Origin: Planctomycetota bacterium
GTDB lineage: Bacteria; Planctomycetota; SZUA-567; H5-PLA8
Assembly: GCA_045863855.1 (NCBI GenBank)
Contig: BTVV01000038.1
Location: 1 to 50,206 of the forward strand
DNA length: 50,206 nucleotides
Direction of reading: 5' to 3'
The notes below the pieces were generated by a model. The model had not been told where the DNA came from and searched no databases. It worked only from the letters and a program-made list of their open reading frames with translations. Shown in pieces: positions 1-10,216 of the stretch (positions within the stretch are counted from its first letter, which is position 1; each line of letters opens with the position of its first letter). Made by a program: the position numbers and the translations under genes.

Positions 1-270
1 ACGATCCTCGAATGCAAGCCCGGCGAACTTATCTCGATTAAGCTCGAGTTTTTGAAGCCGTTCGAGGCTACGAATACCGCGGAGTTCACCTTTAAGGCCG
101 AAGGCGATGGCTCCTTGGTGACGTGGAGCATGTTTGGCAAGAATGGTTTCATGGGTAAAGCGATCCACTTATTTATGGATATGGACAAGATGGTGGGTGG
201 CGACTTCGAAAAGGGATTAGCTCAACTGAAATTGGCCGCGGAAGCCGCGGCGCCGACCGGTGCCCAGTAA
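1..270 (+). CDS. SRPBCC/polyketide cyclase-like (START fold) protein, 5'-truncated by the window edge
   Basis: Frame 1 is open from base 1 (TILECKPGELISIKLEFLKPF...). The C-terminal VTWSMFG...MDKMVGGDFEKGLAQLK is typical of SRPBCC proteins. Confidence 0.8.
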   Translation, partial: TILECKPGELISIKLEFLKPFEATNTAEFTFKAEGDGSLVTWSMFGKNGFMGKAIHLFMDMDKMVGGDFEKGLAQLKLAAEAAAPTGAQ

Positions 271-308
271 ATCGCGCGGACCCTTCTGAACTCGTTGGGG
301 AGCATCGC

Positions 309-833
309 ATGACTCGCCAGAATGCATCGGCGCCACCGGCCGATGGAGCATTCGTGATCTCACGCGTGTTCGATGCTCCGCGTGAACTGGTATGGAAGGT
401 GTGCTCCGAGCCGGAGCATATGGGACGGTGGTTTGGGCCGGTAGGTTGTGTAGGGCGCGTCGTCAAGATGGATTTTCGGCCAGGTGGCATATATCACTTC
501 TGCCTCACGTTTCCCGGTGGAATGGAAATGTGGGCTCGATTCGTTTACTTGGAGATAGTACCTACCGAGAAAATTGTATACCTCCATTCGTTTTCCGATG
601 AAAAGGGAGGCTTAAGCCGGCATTCGATGAGCCCCGTTTGGCCACTGGAGATTCTTTCCACATTGACGCTTACTGAATCGGCGGGCAAGACGACGCTCAC
701 GATTCATTGGACTCCTTACAAGGCCACCGATGAGGAGCGCAAGGCATTCGGGACATCCCACGGCGACATGCGCCAAGGCTGGGGTGGGACCCTGGACCGG
801 TTGGCCGAGTACCTGTTGAGATTTCGGGCTTGA
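309..833 (+). CDS. SRPBCC domain protein (AHSA1/START-like)
   Basis: [14 protein letters not shown]...WFGP...DFRPGG, and C-terminal [20 protein letters not shown] upstream. Confidence 0.85.
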   Translation: MTRQNASAPPADGAFVISRVFDAPRELVWKVCSEPEHMGRWFGPVGCVGRVVKMDFRPGGIYHFCLTFPGGMEMWARFVYLEIVPTEKIVYLHSFSDEKGGLSRHSMSPVWPLEILSTLTLTESAGKTTLTIHWTPYKATDEERKAFGTSHGDMRQGWGGTLDRLAEYLLRFRA

Positions 834-864
834 TTCGCAAACAGTTGACGCAAGGAGCGAGTGC

Positions 865-1986
865 ATGAGCGGAGTTCGATTGTTGGTGGGTACGCGCAAA
901 GGCGCCTTCATTCTGACGACGGATGCGAAACGCGAAAAGTGGGATGTGCAAGGCCCGCTCTTCGCAGGCTGGGAGATCTTTCACATCAAGGGATCCCCAG
1001 TGGACCCGAATCGACTGTACACCTCCCAAACCAGCAGTTGGTTTGGGCAGCAGATTCAGCGTTCCAACGACGGCGGTAAGACATGGGATCCGGTGGGCCA
1101 TGAATTCAAGTACGAAGGCGTGCCGGGCACGCACCAGTGGTACGACGGAACACAGCACCCGTGGGAGTTCAAGCGTATCTGGCATTTGGAGCCCTCGTTG
1201 ACCGAACGAGACACCGTATACGCGGGAGCCGAAGACGCGGCGCTCTTTCGATCAACCGATGGCGCTCAGACTTGGCAGGAACTGGCCGGACTGCGCGGCG
1301 ACCGTTCGCGTCCGTCCTTCTGGCAGCCGGGCGCCGGCGGCATGGGTCTGCATACGATCGTGCTGGACCCCAGCAATCCTCAACGCCTATACATCGCCAT
1401 CTCGGCTGCCGGCGCGTTTCGTTCCGACGACGGAGGCGCATCCTGGAGGCCTATCAATAAGGGATTGCAGTCGCAATACGAGCTTCCCGATCCGCATGCC
1501 GAGGTAGGCCATTGCGTGCATCGCATTGCGATGCACCCTTCGCGTCCCGGCGTGCTGTTCATGCAGAAGCATTGGGACGTGTTGCGCTCTGACGACGGTG
1601 GCGATTCCTGGCGCGATATCGGTTCCGGTTTGCCCAGCGATTTTGGATTTCCGATCGCGGTCCACGCGCATGATCCGGAAACCGTTTACGTCGTGCCGAT
1701 CAAGAGCGATTCGGAACATTATCCGCCGGAAGGCAAGTTGCGCGTTTACCGCAGCCGTAAAGGCGGCAACGATTGGGAAGCGCTGACCGACGGCCTGCCG
1801 CAGGAAAATTGTTTCGTGAATGTACTGCGCGGCGCCATGACCGTAGACAAGCTCGATCCGTGCGGCGTGTACTTCGGCACCACCGGCGGCCAAGTCTACG
1901 GTTCGCCCAATGGCGGCGATCGCTGGTCGCCCATCGTTCGCGACTTGCCGGCCGTGCTCTCCGTGGAAGCGCAGACGCTGCCATGA
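865..1986 (+). CDS. BNR/Asp-box repeat beta-propeller protein (sialidase-like fold, function unknown)
   Basis: Repeated Asp-boxes [53 protein letters not shown]. No signal peptide. Confidence 0.85.
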   Translation: MSGVRLLVGTRKGAFILTTDAKREKWDVQGPLFAGWEIFHIKGSPVDPNRLYTSQTSSWFGQQIQRSNDGGKTWDPVGHEFKYEGVPGTHQWYDGTQHPWEFKRIWHLEPSLTERDTVYAGAEDAALFRSTDGAQTWQELAGLRGDRSRPSFWQPGAGGMGLHTIVLDPSNPQRLYIAISAAGAFRSDDGGASWRPINKGLQSQYELPDPHAEVGHCVHRIAMHPSRPGVLFMQKHWDVLRSDDGGDSWRDIGSGLPSDFGFPIAVHAHDPETVYVVPIKSDSEHYPPEGKLRVYRSRKGGNDWEALTDGLPQENCFVNVLRGAMTVDKLDPCGVYFGTTGGQVYGSPNGGDRWSPIVRDLPAVLSVEAQTLP

Positions 1987-2279
1987 TCCGGGTCGTGTTG
2001 CCCTTTCATCTGCGGACGCTGGCGCGCGTCGACGGCGAGGTGGCGCTTGAGGTGCCGGCCCCCGTAACGCAGCGAGCGATCCTCGACGCGCTGGAAGCGC
2101 GTTTTCCGGTGCTGCGCGGAGCGATCCGGGATCACGGAACTCTGAAGCGCCGCGCGTTCGTGCGCTTTTTCGCCACCGGTTTGGATCTCTCGCACGAAAA
2201 CCCCGATGCGCCGCTGCCGGATGCGGTGGCCGCGGGTAGGGAGCCGTTCATGGTTATTGGAGCCATGGCCGGGGGGTAA
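1983..2279 (+). CDS. MoaD/ThiS-family ubiquitin-like protein
   Basis: ATG at 1983 overlaps the upstream TGA (ATGA coupling). [14 protein letters not shown]... beta-grasp pattern ending in AMAGG. Confidence 0.85.
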   Translation: MIRVVLPFHLRTLARVDGEVALEVPAPVTQRAILDALEARFPVLRGAIRDHGTLKRRAFVRFFATGLDLSHENPDAPLPDAVAAGREPFMVIGAMAGG

Positions 2280-2312
2280 CGAAGCAGGAGTGGACCATTA
2301 AGGAGCGAACCC

Positions 2313-2672
2313 ATGTCCTACGTCGATGGATTTGTTTTGCCGGTGCCGAAGAAGAACATTCCGGCCTATGTCCGGATGTCCAAGCTAGCCTCAAAAGTCT
2401 GGAAGGACCACGGTGCGCTCGACTACCGGGAGTGCGTGGGTGATCAGCTCGATACGGATTTCGGCATTCCGTTTTCTAAACTGGCAAAGGTCAAGCGCGG
2501 CGAAACGGTTATCTTCGCTTACATCGTTTACAAATCGCGCGCCCACCGCGACAAAGTGAACGCTAAAGTTATGCAAGATCCGCGCCTAGCAACGATGTGT
2601 AAATCCAAGAAAATGCCCTTCGACGTGAAGCGTATGGCTTACGGTGGATTCAAGGTCATCGTGTCCATTTAA
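2313..2672 (+). CDS. DUF1428 family protein (YbaA-like)
   Basis: MSYVDGFVLPVP...GALDYRECVGD...MPFDVKRMAYGGF signature. AAGGAG RBS. Confidence 0.9.
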   Translation: MSYVDGFVLPVPKKNIPAYVRMSKLASKVWKDHGALDYRECVGDQLDTDFGIPFSKLAKVKRGETVIFAYIVYKSRAHRDKVNAKVMQDPRLATMCKSKKMPFDVKRMAYGGFKVIVSI

Positions 2673-2682
2673 AGGCAGGACT

Positions 2683-2717
2683 GCCCGAAGGCCGCGCCGG
2701 AGACGCGGCCCTCGGGC
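2683..2717. terminator. GC-rich hairpin between convergent genes (possible bidirectional terminator)
   Basis: GCCCGAAGGCCGCG-CCGGAGA-CGCGGCCCTCGGGC: a 14-bp stem with one mismatch. No strong U-tract. Confidence 0.5.
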
Positions 2718-2725
2718 GTCTTCAC

Positions 2726-3277
2726 CTATGGGGTTTTGGGTTCCACGAACACCCCAGTTGCGTTGATCACCAGCACCTTGGGATCGGGACGCGGGCCGAC
2801 CTTGCCCTTTACGATCATGGTGGCGCTTTCCTTCATGCCATGTTGGCCCTTGAGATCGATTTTCAAAGGCATGCCTTGCGCGTCGACGAACTGGATCGTG
2901 GCCTTATGCGCCACTAGATGCTCCTTATCTTCGCAGCAGTAATCCCACGGCGTAGGGCAGGGGTCATCGGGGCGTTCGGTGCAAATCAAGAGCGACGTAT
3001 CCGTCAGCTCCAGGATCGCGCGACCTTTCGTGAAGGGCTCGACGCTTCCGCCAATCCGGCCGCGCACGACGACATCGTCGTTCTCTTTCGCTTCTTTCTT
3101 GACTTCCGCCACGCCCTTCGCGTGTTCCGGCGCAACCGAGAGCAGCAGGTCCGCCGGGAGCTCGGCGGAACCGTTGCTTCCGGAGGCCGGAGGAGTTACC
3201 TGGGTTGGTGAGCCGCAGGCGGCGAGCGCCCATAGGCACAGGGCCGCTATGGAGAATCCAGCACATCGTACGCGCAT
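2726..3277 (-). CDS. Cys-rich lipoprotein, unknown function
   Basis: Lipobox LAAC and motif CTERPDDPCPTPWDYCC. Last gene of the ABC exporter operon. Confidence 0.75.
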   Translation of the reverse strand: MRVRCAGFSIAALCLWALAACGSPTQVTPPASGSNGSAELPADLLLSVAPEHAKGVAEVKKEAKENDDVVVRGRIGGSVEPFTKGRAILELTDTSLLICTERPDDPCPTPWDYCCEDKEHLVAHKATIQFVDAQGMPLKIDLKGQHGMKESATMIVKGKVGPRPDPKVLVINATGVFVEPKTP

Positions 3278-3313
3278 CGTATCCGTGCTCCTTATCGAGT
3301 GTCCCAGTGTACT

Positions 3314-4480
3314 TCACGCTGCCTTAAGCGCTTCGGCAATAGGCGGCTTGAGGCAGCGCCACGCCGGCGGCAATGCGCCGAACAGCCCCAAACTCAATCC
3401 TGCCAAGAGTCCCAGCATCAATACCGTCGTATCGACGCTGAGTCCGAAGGCGCCCATGCTGAACCGCACCGCCACGCCATCCAGAACCAAAACCGCCGCC
3501 GCCGCGGCCAGCAGCGTACCGGCCGCGGTGGCTAACGTGGCTTCCTGGATCATGCTTACCACTACCGCCGTACGCGAAAAGCCCAGCGTCTGCAGCGCGC
3601 CCAGTTCGCGAATGCGCGCCGCGAATGCCGCATACAACGTATTCAGCCCGCCGAAGAATCCTCCCAACGCGATCAGGAAGGCCGTGGCCCAAACCACCAA
3701 TTGCACAGGCCGGTAAAACTCGAGCAGCTTGGAGTAATAGTCCGACTCCCGCATGGCGACGAGTTCCAGATCCAGGCGCTGCTTGGCGAAAATCTCCACA
3801 TCCTCCAACTCACCGCGGTCCAGGGTTGCCACTACGCAGGAGAGGTTGTTGCGCTTGGCGGCGAGCTGTAATTCGCTAAGATCGCACCAGACCTCGGCCT
3901 CCATCACCGTGCCCGGAGCTTCGAACCGCCCGCTGATCGTCCAAGCGCGGTGGTCGAACCAAAGCGTCCGGCCGACCGCGAGCCGGTCGTCGCTTAAGCC
4001 CATGCGAGAGCCCGCCAATCGCCCGACCAGCAGTTCGTTCGGTCCCGGTGCACGGCCTTCCACGATGCGGACTTTCTGGTGCACCAGAAAAGCCGCGGGC
4101 CGAACCCCGCGCAGCATGCCCATGTAGCCGGTCTGGTCATCCTTGGCGGTCTTGAGTACCGTGGCCATGTGGACCTCCGGTGAAATGTACGGGACGCCCA
4201 GACGTGACTTGATCCCTGGAACGCTTGCCCCAAGGATGCCGTCGACTCCCGGCGCGATCTCGCTGCGCTCCAGGCTCTCTTCGCTTCCCGCCCCCAGCAG
4301 GATGACGTTTCGTTCGCCAGCGCTCACGCTGAGGCTCTGCTGCATCCCGCGCACGAACGCAGCGGCGGAAAAAATAAGGAGCGTGACCAGCGCGCTGCCC
4401 GCCACGGTCAAGCCCAGCCGCAGCGGCGCTCGGCCCAGATTGCGCACGGCGTATTCCCAAGGCAGTAGAGGCATCGCCAA
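3314..4480 (-). CDS. MacB/FtsX-like ABC transporter permease
   Basis: YAVRNLGRAPLRLGLT, N-terminal TM, periplasmic domain, RIRELGALQTLGF, C-terminal GALPPAWR. Confidence 0.9.
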   Translation of the reverse strand: MAMPLLPWEYAVRNLGRAPLRLGLTVAGSALVTLLIFSAAAFVRGMQQSLSVSAGERNVILLGAGSEESLERSEIAPGVDGILGASVPGIKSRLGVPYISPEVHMATVLKTAKDDQTGYMGMLRGVRPAAFLVHQKVRIVEGRAPGPNELLVGRLAGSRMGLSDDRLAVGRTLWFDHRAWTISGRFEAPGTVMEAEVWCDLSELQLAAKRNNLSCVVATLDRGELEDVEIFAKQRLDLELVAMRESDYYSKLLEFYRPVQLVVWATAFLIALGGFFGGLNTLYAAFAARIRELGALQTLGFSRTAVVVSMIQEATLATAAGTLLAAAAAVLVLDGVAVRFSMGAFGLSVDTTVLMLGLLAGLSLGLFGALPPAWRCLKPPIAEALKAA

Positions 4481-4489
4481 GTTCCTCGA

Positions 4490-5644
4490 TTAAACCGCAC
4501 GGAAGCAGGTAGCGATCTCGCGGTGCGAGGCTTGCCACGCGGGCACCAGTCCCGCGAGGACGCCCAGCGCGATCGAGACGATCAGCCCCCACAGCCACAT
4601 GCGCGGGTCGGCATTCAGCGAAATGCTCAGGCCCTCGTTCGAAAGGCTCAGTCCGCTCCAATGCAGCGCCATCGCCGCCAGCACCGTACCGAGCATTCCG
4701 CCGGCGAGGCTCAATAGGATGCCTTCCGCGACGATCATCCGGGCGATCAATCTCCCGCTGAAACCCAGCGTCTGCAGGACCGCGTGGTCGCGCACGCGCC
4801 CCTGTACCGAGAGCACCACCGCATTCCCTACCAGCCCTAACACGGCCGCGAGGCTGCCCCAGCCCAGCCAGCGCGAGAAACGGATCAATTCCAGCACATC
4901 CCCAGCCGCGCGTGCCACGAATGCCTTCTCGCTGCGTGTGCTCGTGGGCTCCGGATCGCTCTTGAACTCCCGGTCGATCGCGACGGCCACTTCCTCGAGC
5001 TTCGCGGGATCGTCCACCTTCACATTGAACTGCGTCACGATGCCGCGGTCCTTCATCCCCGGCGCATACTGAAGAAAATCGAGGTGTACGTATGCCACGT
5101 TTTGGTCCTGCGGCTGGTCGGAGGTGATGATGCCCGCGACGTAGGTGGTCAAGCCGTTGGCGTCGAATCGGTCGCCAACGTTCAGACCACGCCGCCGCGC
5201 GAGCACCTCGCCCAGCAACGCGGCGTCGGTCCGCGTGCGCCATTCTTCGATGCTGCCCGCGATCATCCTCACTTCCTGGCGGTAGGCCTCCGCGAAGCGG
5301 TCGGGAGGTACGCCGCGGAAGGTCACCACATCCAGGCTCGCGCGGCAGTTGCTCACGGTGATGCGAACGGGTACCACACCGGCCACGCCCGGAACTTTAT
5401 GGATGCGATCCTCGTAGTACTGCGGCAAGCGGCTGGTGAACGGGCAGTAACGGTTCTCGCGGTAAACGATGAGCGTCGAGTCTTCCGCGGTTTCCTCGGT
5501 CGCCGCGCGCATCCCTTCCTGGAGCGATTCGACGACCGCGAACAGAAACATCGCCGTGGCGACGCCAAGCACCGTCAAGATCGAACGCGTGCGGCTGCGC
5601 GTGACCTGCTTCAGCACCACGGGCCAGAATTTAAGCGCAAGCAT
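4490..5644 (-). CDS. MacB/FtsX-like ABC transporter permease
   Basis: RSRTRSILTVLGV, RVRDHAVLQTLGF and GLVPAWQAS motifs. Confidence 0.9.
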   Translation of the reverse strand: MLALKFWPVVLKQVTRSRTRSILTVLGVATAMFLFAVVESLQEGMRAATEETAEDSTLIVYRENRYCPFTSRLPQYYEDRIHKVPGVAGVVPVRITVSNCRASLDVVTFRGVPPDRFAEAYRQEVRMIAGSIEEWRTRTDAALLGEVLARRRGLNVGDRFDANGLTTYVAGIITSDQPQDQNVAYVHLDFLQYAPGMKDRGIVTQFNVKVDDPAKLEEVAVAIDREFKSDPEPTSTRSEKAFVARAAGDVLELIRFSRWLGWGSLAAVLGLVGNAVVLSVQGRVRDHAVLQTLGFSGRLIARMIVAEGILLSLAGGMLGTVLAAMALHWSGLSLSNEGLSISLNADPRMWLWGLIVSIALGVLAGLVPAWQASHREIATCFRAV

Positions 5645-5659
5645 AAGCCGTTCCTTTCC

Positions 5660-6355
5660 TTAACCCGCCGTCACGGCGTCGGGTTCGCCCACCAGGCGCC
5701 CCTTTTCCAGATGCAAGACACGGTCTGCCACAGCCGCGCATTTCGGATCGTGCGTCACCATCACCAGCGTCTTTTGAAGCTCTTTATTCAGGCGCTTCAG
5801 CAACTCCATAATCTGTAAAGCCGACTGCCTGTCGAGATCGCCGGTCGGCTCGTCCGCCACGATGATCGTGGGGCTGGCCACGATTGCGCGCGCAATCGCC
5901 ACGCGTTGTTCCTGCCCGCCGCTCAGTTGACGCGGGAAGTGGTCGTGCCGGTCGACGAGCCCCACCAGCTCCAGCGCGGTGCTGACCTTCGCGTGCCGCT
6001 CAGCTTTGGTCAGATCGTGCAGCAGCAATGGCAACTCGATATTCTCGTACGCCGTCAGTACCGGAACTAAATTGTAGAGCTGGAAGATGTATCCGATATG
6101 TTCGGATCTCCACGCCGCCAACGCGCCGCGCGAAAGCCCGCCGATCTCCACGCCCCCCACGGTCAAAGTACCTGACGTCGGACGGTCGATGCCAGCGATC
6201 AGGTTCAGAAGCGTGGTCTTTCCGCTGCCCGAAGGCCCCATCAGCGCCACGAAGGCGCCTGCCTCGAGGTCCAGGTCCAGCTCGTCGAGAGGCTTAATCT
6301 CGATTGCACCCTTTTTGAAGCTGCGGGATAGCTTCCGGCATTCAATGAGGGGCAT
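5660..6355 (-). CDS. ABC transporter ATP-binding protein (LolD/MacB type)
   Basis: Walker A GPSGSGKT, signature LSGGQEQR, Walker [11 protein letters not shown]-loop VTHD. ATG at 6355 (MPLIECR) overlaps the upstream gene end. Confidence 0.95.
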   Translation of the reverse strand: MPLIECRKLSRSFKKGAIEIKPLDELDLDLEAGAFVALMGPSGSGKTTLLNLIAGIDRPTSGTLTVGGVEIGGLSRGALAAWRSEHIGYIFQLYNLVPVLTAYENIELPLLLHDLTKAERHAKVSTALELVGLVDRHDHFPRQLSGGQEQRVAIARAIVASPTIIVADEPTGDLDRQSALQIMELLKRLNKELQKTLVMVTHDPKCAAVADRVLHLEKGRLVGEPDAVTAG

Positions 6356-7952
6356 GGGATTTCCCTTTCTCTTGCGGGGCGGGCGCCGCGGGGGCGAAAG
6401 GCGACGCACCGGTTTCGGCTTCGCCCGATACACGCACGCGCGTACCGTCGTGCAACCCGCTGGGATTGCCGACGATCAATTGGTCGCCCGGCAACAATCC
6501 TGCGGAGATTTCGATCCAGTCGTCGTACCGAATGACGCCGGGCGTCACGTTCCGCCGTTCGGCCACGCCGCGGCCTTTATCCACGACCCACGCATAGGTC
6601 TGCGCGCCATCGGGTATAAGCAGTCGAGCCGGGGCAAAGACTCTAGGGCCGTCGCCGCGCTTGCCGGCCTGCGGCAATGTGAGGAATTTCACGCGCGCCA
6701 GCATCTCCGGCTTCAATGCCGCGTTGGGAACCTCAATCCGTACTTTGACCTGAAGCGTATTCTTTTGAATGTCCGCCTCGTGTACGATGCGTGATATCTC
6801 GCCCGTAAAAATGCGATCGGGGAGCACTTCCACCACGATCTCGGCCTTTTGCCCAACGCTCACTTTGCCCGCTTCCGCCAGTGGCACGTCGACGCGCACT
6901 TGCAGATGCGAAGGGTCGTACACGTGCAACGCATGAGCGCTGTGCATGGAATCCATGCCCAGCAGCAGCTTCGAGCCGGGCTCGGCGAGCCGCCGCATCA
7001 CCACGCCGTCGGTGGGGCAGCGCACGTTCATGCGCTCCAGCCGAAGCTTGGCCTCGTCCAGTTTCGCGTGGGCTTCCAGCAGCGACGCTTCGCTGCGCGC
7101 GACGGCGGCTTTGGATTCTTCCACCGATCGAGCTTCGGGAATGCGCAGTTCCAGATTTTCCTTCGCCGCGTCGCGTTCGGCTTCCATGCGCTGCAACTCG
7201 GCGCTCATGGCCGGAACTTTGGCCTGTGCGCTCTGCAACAGCGCGCGCTGCGTCGCTACGCGCAGCTCCGTCTGAATCACCGTGAATTCCGGGAGCGCGT
7301 CGCGTGTCAACGTCAGCTCGCGCTTGAACTGCTCTTCGAGTTCCGCCAAACGCGCCGTCTCCACCGCGACCTCGGCTTTCGCTTGAGCCAAGTTGGCTTG
7401 CGTCTGCGCCACCTGAGCCACGGCCACGGCCAGCGAACGGGTCCGCTCCACCGGATGCTTCCACTCGCGTTCGGCGGCGGTAAGCGTGGCGCGGGCGGAT
7501 ACCAGTTCCGCCTCACGCTGCGCGACCATGGCTTCCGCATTCGCCAAGGCAAGTTTCGCGTCGTCGTCCACCAGTCGAGCGACCACCTGCCCGGCCTGAA
7601 CCGGCGAACCTTCCAATACCAGGACTTCTTTCACGATCCCATCGGCCAATGCAGTGACGTTAATCAGGTACGGATCGGCTTCCACCCACCCGGGTGCCTG
7701 AAAAACCATGCCGCCCCGGCCGCCTTCATCCTGGACGCTTTTGACTATTACGGGAACTATCTGCACATCCAAGGCCGGCCAAAGCGCATCTTTGGCCGCG
7801 ATCAACAGAAGCAGAACGAATGCGCCCAACAATCCTGCGGGCAGGAGTACGCGTGACTTCCACTTTCGACCCGGCGGCGGTATGCCTCCCCCCGGTGGGC
7901 GCACAGCGTGCGGACGCGAAAGCGATTGTAGGTCCGAACCCGATGTAGACAT
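6342..7952 (-). CDS. Efflux periplasmic adaptor (HlyD/MacA-like membrane fusion protein) with long coiled-coil
   Basis: N-terminal TM, lipoyl-like motifs [23 protein letters not shown] and CPTDGVV, long helical hairpin, LKPEMLARV. Start placed at MSTSG after a GAGG RBS. Confidence 0.9.
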   Translation of the reverse strand: MSTSGSDLQSLSRPHAVRPPGGGIPPPGRKWKSRVLLPAGLLGAFVLLLLIAAKDALWPALDVQIVPVIVKSVQDEGGRGGMVFQAPGWVEADPYLINVTALADGIVKEVLVLEGSPVQAGQVVARLVDDDAKLALANAEAMVAQREAELVSARATLTAAEREWKHPVERTRSLAVAVAQVAQTQANLAQAKAEVAVETARLAELEEQFKRELTLTRDALPEFTVIQTELRVATQRALLQSAQAKVPAMSAELQRMEAERDAAKENLELRIPEARSVEESKAAVARSEASLLEAHAKLDEAKLRLERMNVRCPTDGVVMRRLAEPGSKLLLGMDSMHSAHALHVYDPSHLQVRVDVPLAEAGKVSVGQKAEIVVEVLPDRIFTGEISRIVHEADIQKNTLQVKVRIEVPNAALKPEMLARVKFLTLPQAGKRGDGPRVFAPARLLIPDGAQTYAWVVDKGRGVAERRNVTPGVIRYDDWIEISAGLLPGDQLIVGNPSGLHDGTRVRVSGEAETGASPFAPAAPAPQEKGKSHAPH

Positions 7953-8030
7953 GGCGGTTCCTCGAATCCAAGCGAGCACCAGCGGCCAGCGCACCCTTGC
8001 GCGGCCACGGAGGCATGTGAATTCAAGGCA

Positions 8031-8448
8031 TCAGATTAAGAGGCGGGACGTGCGATCCAGAACGGTACGGGCCGTAAGCGGCGGGCCCGTGGGTGGTGCT
8101 TCAACGGCTAAGCCATCCAGATTTGCCCAGACGGGCGCAACGGCAGGAACCGTAAGCGCCGCCGAAATCGAACTGGTGTGCTGCGAGGAAGCATAGCGAG
8201 CGGTCTGATCCAAGTTAAGCGGGAGCGCATGGCAGCAGGCTTGAGGGCTGAAATGGTTGGGACTGATGGACCGCGTGCTCGCCCTTATCGAGTGGCTTTT
8301 GGGAACTGCAACAGGTGCACTTCTGCGACTCCGGGGCTTTGGCTTCGCAGCAGCACGTGCCCGAGATCTGACCCGCGCACACGCCAGCGGGTAATATCCC
8401 CAAGCTCAGGGCTACCGCCAGCAAACCGATGAGGCCCACGGTTCTCAT
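8031..8448 (-). pseudogene. Cys-rich secreted leader protein split by a +1 frameshift (pseudogene, sequencing error or recoding)
   Basis: The 5' part encodes a signal peptide plus CCC...CTCC and stops at 8215. The +1 frame carries ...SPQACCHALP...APPTGPP...SRLLI*. The span is 418 nt = 139 codons + 1. Confidence 0.6.
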
Positions 8449-8454
8449 ATCAAT

Positions 8455-8483
8455 AATCTACCCGCATGGCTACAATTCGTCCA
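8455..8483 (-). promoter_or_regulatory. Putative sigma-70 promoter giving a leaderless mRNA
   Basis: Minus strand reads TGGACG, a 17-nt spacer, TAGATT, then 6 nt before the ATG at 8448. No SD sequence. Confidence 0.45.
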
Positions 8484-8566
8484 GAGGGTAACGCCGCGAC
8501 TTGGGCGTCCACTCTGCCCATAAACGCATTCCAACGGCCATTTTCTTCCACGATTCCCGTATGAAT

Positions 8567-10216
8567 TCACGGTTTCGGCGGAGCGGCCGTGGCTTTTTCG
8601 TCCAGTTTGAAGTCGTAGGCCAGCTTCTTGTCGATCTCTTCCTGGAATTTAGGGTTGGGAATGCCGGTTAACTCGGGCAGCGCCGCAAGTTGCTCCGTCC
8701 CATTCTGGAGTTTTTGGATGTAGGTGGTCAGGTGTTCTTTAGAAAGCCGTTTTTGCTCGCCCAGCCAGTGCACCAGCGCCCAACTCATCAGGTAGTGCTT
8801 GGTGGAGTTCTCTAAATTGGTAATCTCGTGCACGATAAAGTCTTCGGCTCCGGAAGTGGCCACTTTGGCCACCGGCGGTAGGCTGAGGTCCTTATTCCAT
8901 TTCCGCAGCATGAAGATTTTATCGCGGTCTTCCTGGCCCAGGATCAGGCGCGAGCCTTCCACCCGCGAGACCTCGAAATACTGGGCTAGACCTTCGTTCA
9001 GCCAGCGCGGCACATACTTTTCCATGCCCTCGGGAAACAGGAAGTTGTCCAAAAACGCGTGGAAGCCTTCGTGGTACAGCGTTTCGAACATGTCGTTGGT
9101 GACATCCTGGAAGACGACATCGTTGCGCCGGTTGAGATCGCGGATCTCTTCTTGAATCTGATTGGCGCGGTTCTCGTACTGTCCGATATTCAGGAGCCAC
9201 TGCCGTTTTTGTGCCTCGATCTGCTGCCACATGCGCTGTCCGGCCGGCGACGTTTTTCCGGCGCGAAAAATCTGCGCTTCGGCGGCTTTGACTTTCACCT
9301 GCATGTCCGCGCGCGCCATGTTGATCTGAATTTTGACCTGTTCCAACAGATCGGTCAGCTTGCGGTGGTGCTCTCGGACCTCCGCCACCAGCCGTTTGTA
9401 TCCCGCCACGTCGCAGCCGGCGTAAATCAGTTTCTTGGCCGGCATGTAAAACGCGGGATTCTTGATCTGATTGCCGATCGAAGCGTAGTATTCGGCCATG
9501 GAATTCAGAATGACGACCCGAACCTTTTCGTCGGGTTCCCGTGAAACGCCGAAATGCGACTGATACGAACCGTAGACCTTCCATAGCGCGTAGGCACAAC
9601 GCTTGTGGAACTCCTCTTCGGTGTTGGATTCCAGCACGAAATGCTCCAACTCCGTGCGGAGTGCCGGAATCGTGACGCCAGGCTTATTGGAAGGCCACTT
9701 GATCTGCTCAACGATTAATTCGTTTGCAAGACGCTTGTCCTGAACGACTTCTTCCTGGATGCCCTGCAGGAACTTGCGCGCGGCCTCCCGCTGTTCGCCC
9801 GTTAATTGCGTCAGTTCCGCGACTTCCGCTCGGTTGAACTTGGTTCGCAGCAGGAGCGTCTTGCTTACATCTTTGCCGCTGGCCAGGAGGTCGATCTCGA
9901 CCGTTTCAGCGTTTTCTGTGACCAGAAGCCCTTCGTGCCGCTCACCGCTTTTCAGCACCACCACGTCACGCAACGATCCCGCGTCCGCTAATTTCGCTCC
10001 GCTGCTCTTCTCGACCTTTTCGATCTCGGCTCGCGTATAGGAGACTGTCCCAAACTTCATCTTGATCACGACCTTTTCAGGAGTCTCTTCAATCACCTGG
10101 CCCTCGACGACGGTGCCATCCTTCAAGGTGACCGTGTCCGCCATGAGCGTTGCGGTTGAGGTCGCAACTCCCAATGCCAGCAGCAAACTCAGGAAAGAAT
10201 GCGAGGGCATGCGCAT
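8567..10216 (-). CDS. Secreted DUF1570-like zinc metallopeptidase (gluzincin/MA-like)
   Basis: Signal peptide; two repeats of the D-x-V-x-L-K-x-G small domain; HEGFH motif followed by PRWLNEGLAQYFE; YLMSWALVHWL. Confidence 0.75.
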   Translation of the reverse strand: MRMPSHSFLSLLLALGVATSTATLMADTVTLKDGTVVEGQVIEETPEKVVIKMKFGTVSYTRAEIEKVEKSSGAKLADAGSLRDVVVLKSGERHEGLLVTENAETVEIDLLASGKDVSKTLLLRTKFNRAEVAELTQLTGEQREAARKFLQGIQEEVVQDKRLANELIVEQIKWPSNKPGVTIPALRTELEHFVLESNTEEEFHKRCAYALWKVYGSYQSHFGVSREPDEKVRVVILNSMAEYYASIGNQIKNPAFYMPAKKLIYAGCDVAGYKRLVAEVREHHRKLTDLLEQVKIQINMARADMQVKVKAAEAQIFRAGKTSPAGQRMWQQIEAQKRQWLLNIGQYENRANQIQEEIRDLNRRNDVVFQDVTNDMFETLYHEGFHAFLDNFLFPEGMEKYVPRWLNEGLAQYFEVSRVEGSRLILGQEDRDKIFMLRKWNKDLSLPPVAKVATSGAEDFIVHEITNLENSTKHYLMSWALVHWLGEQKRLSKEHLTTYIQKLQNGTEQLAALPELTGIPNPKFQEEIDKKLAYDFKLDEKATAAPPKP

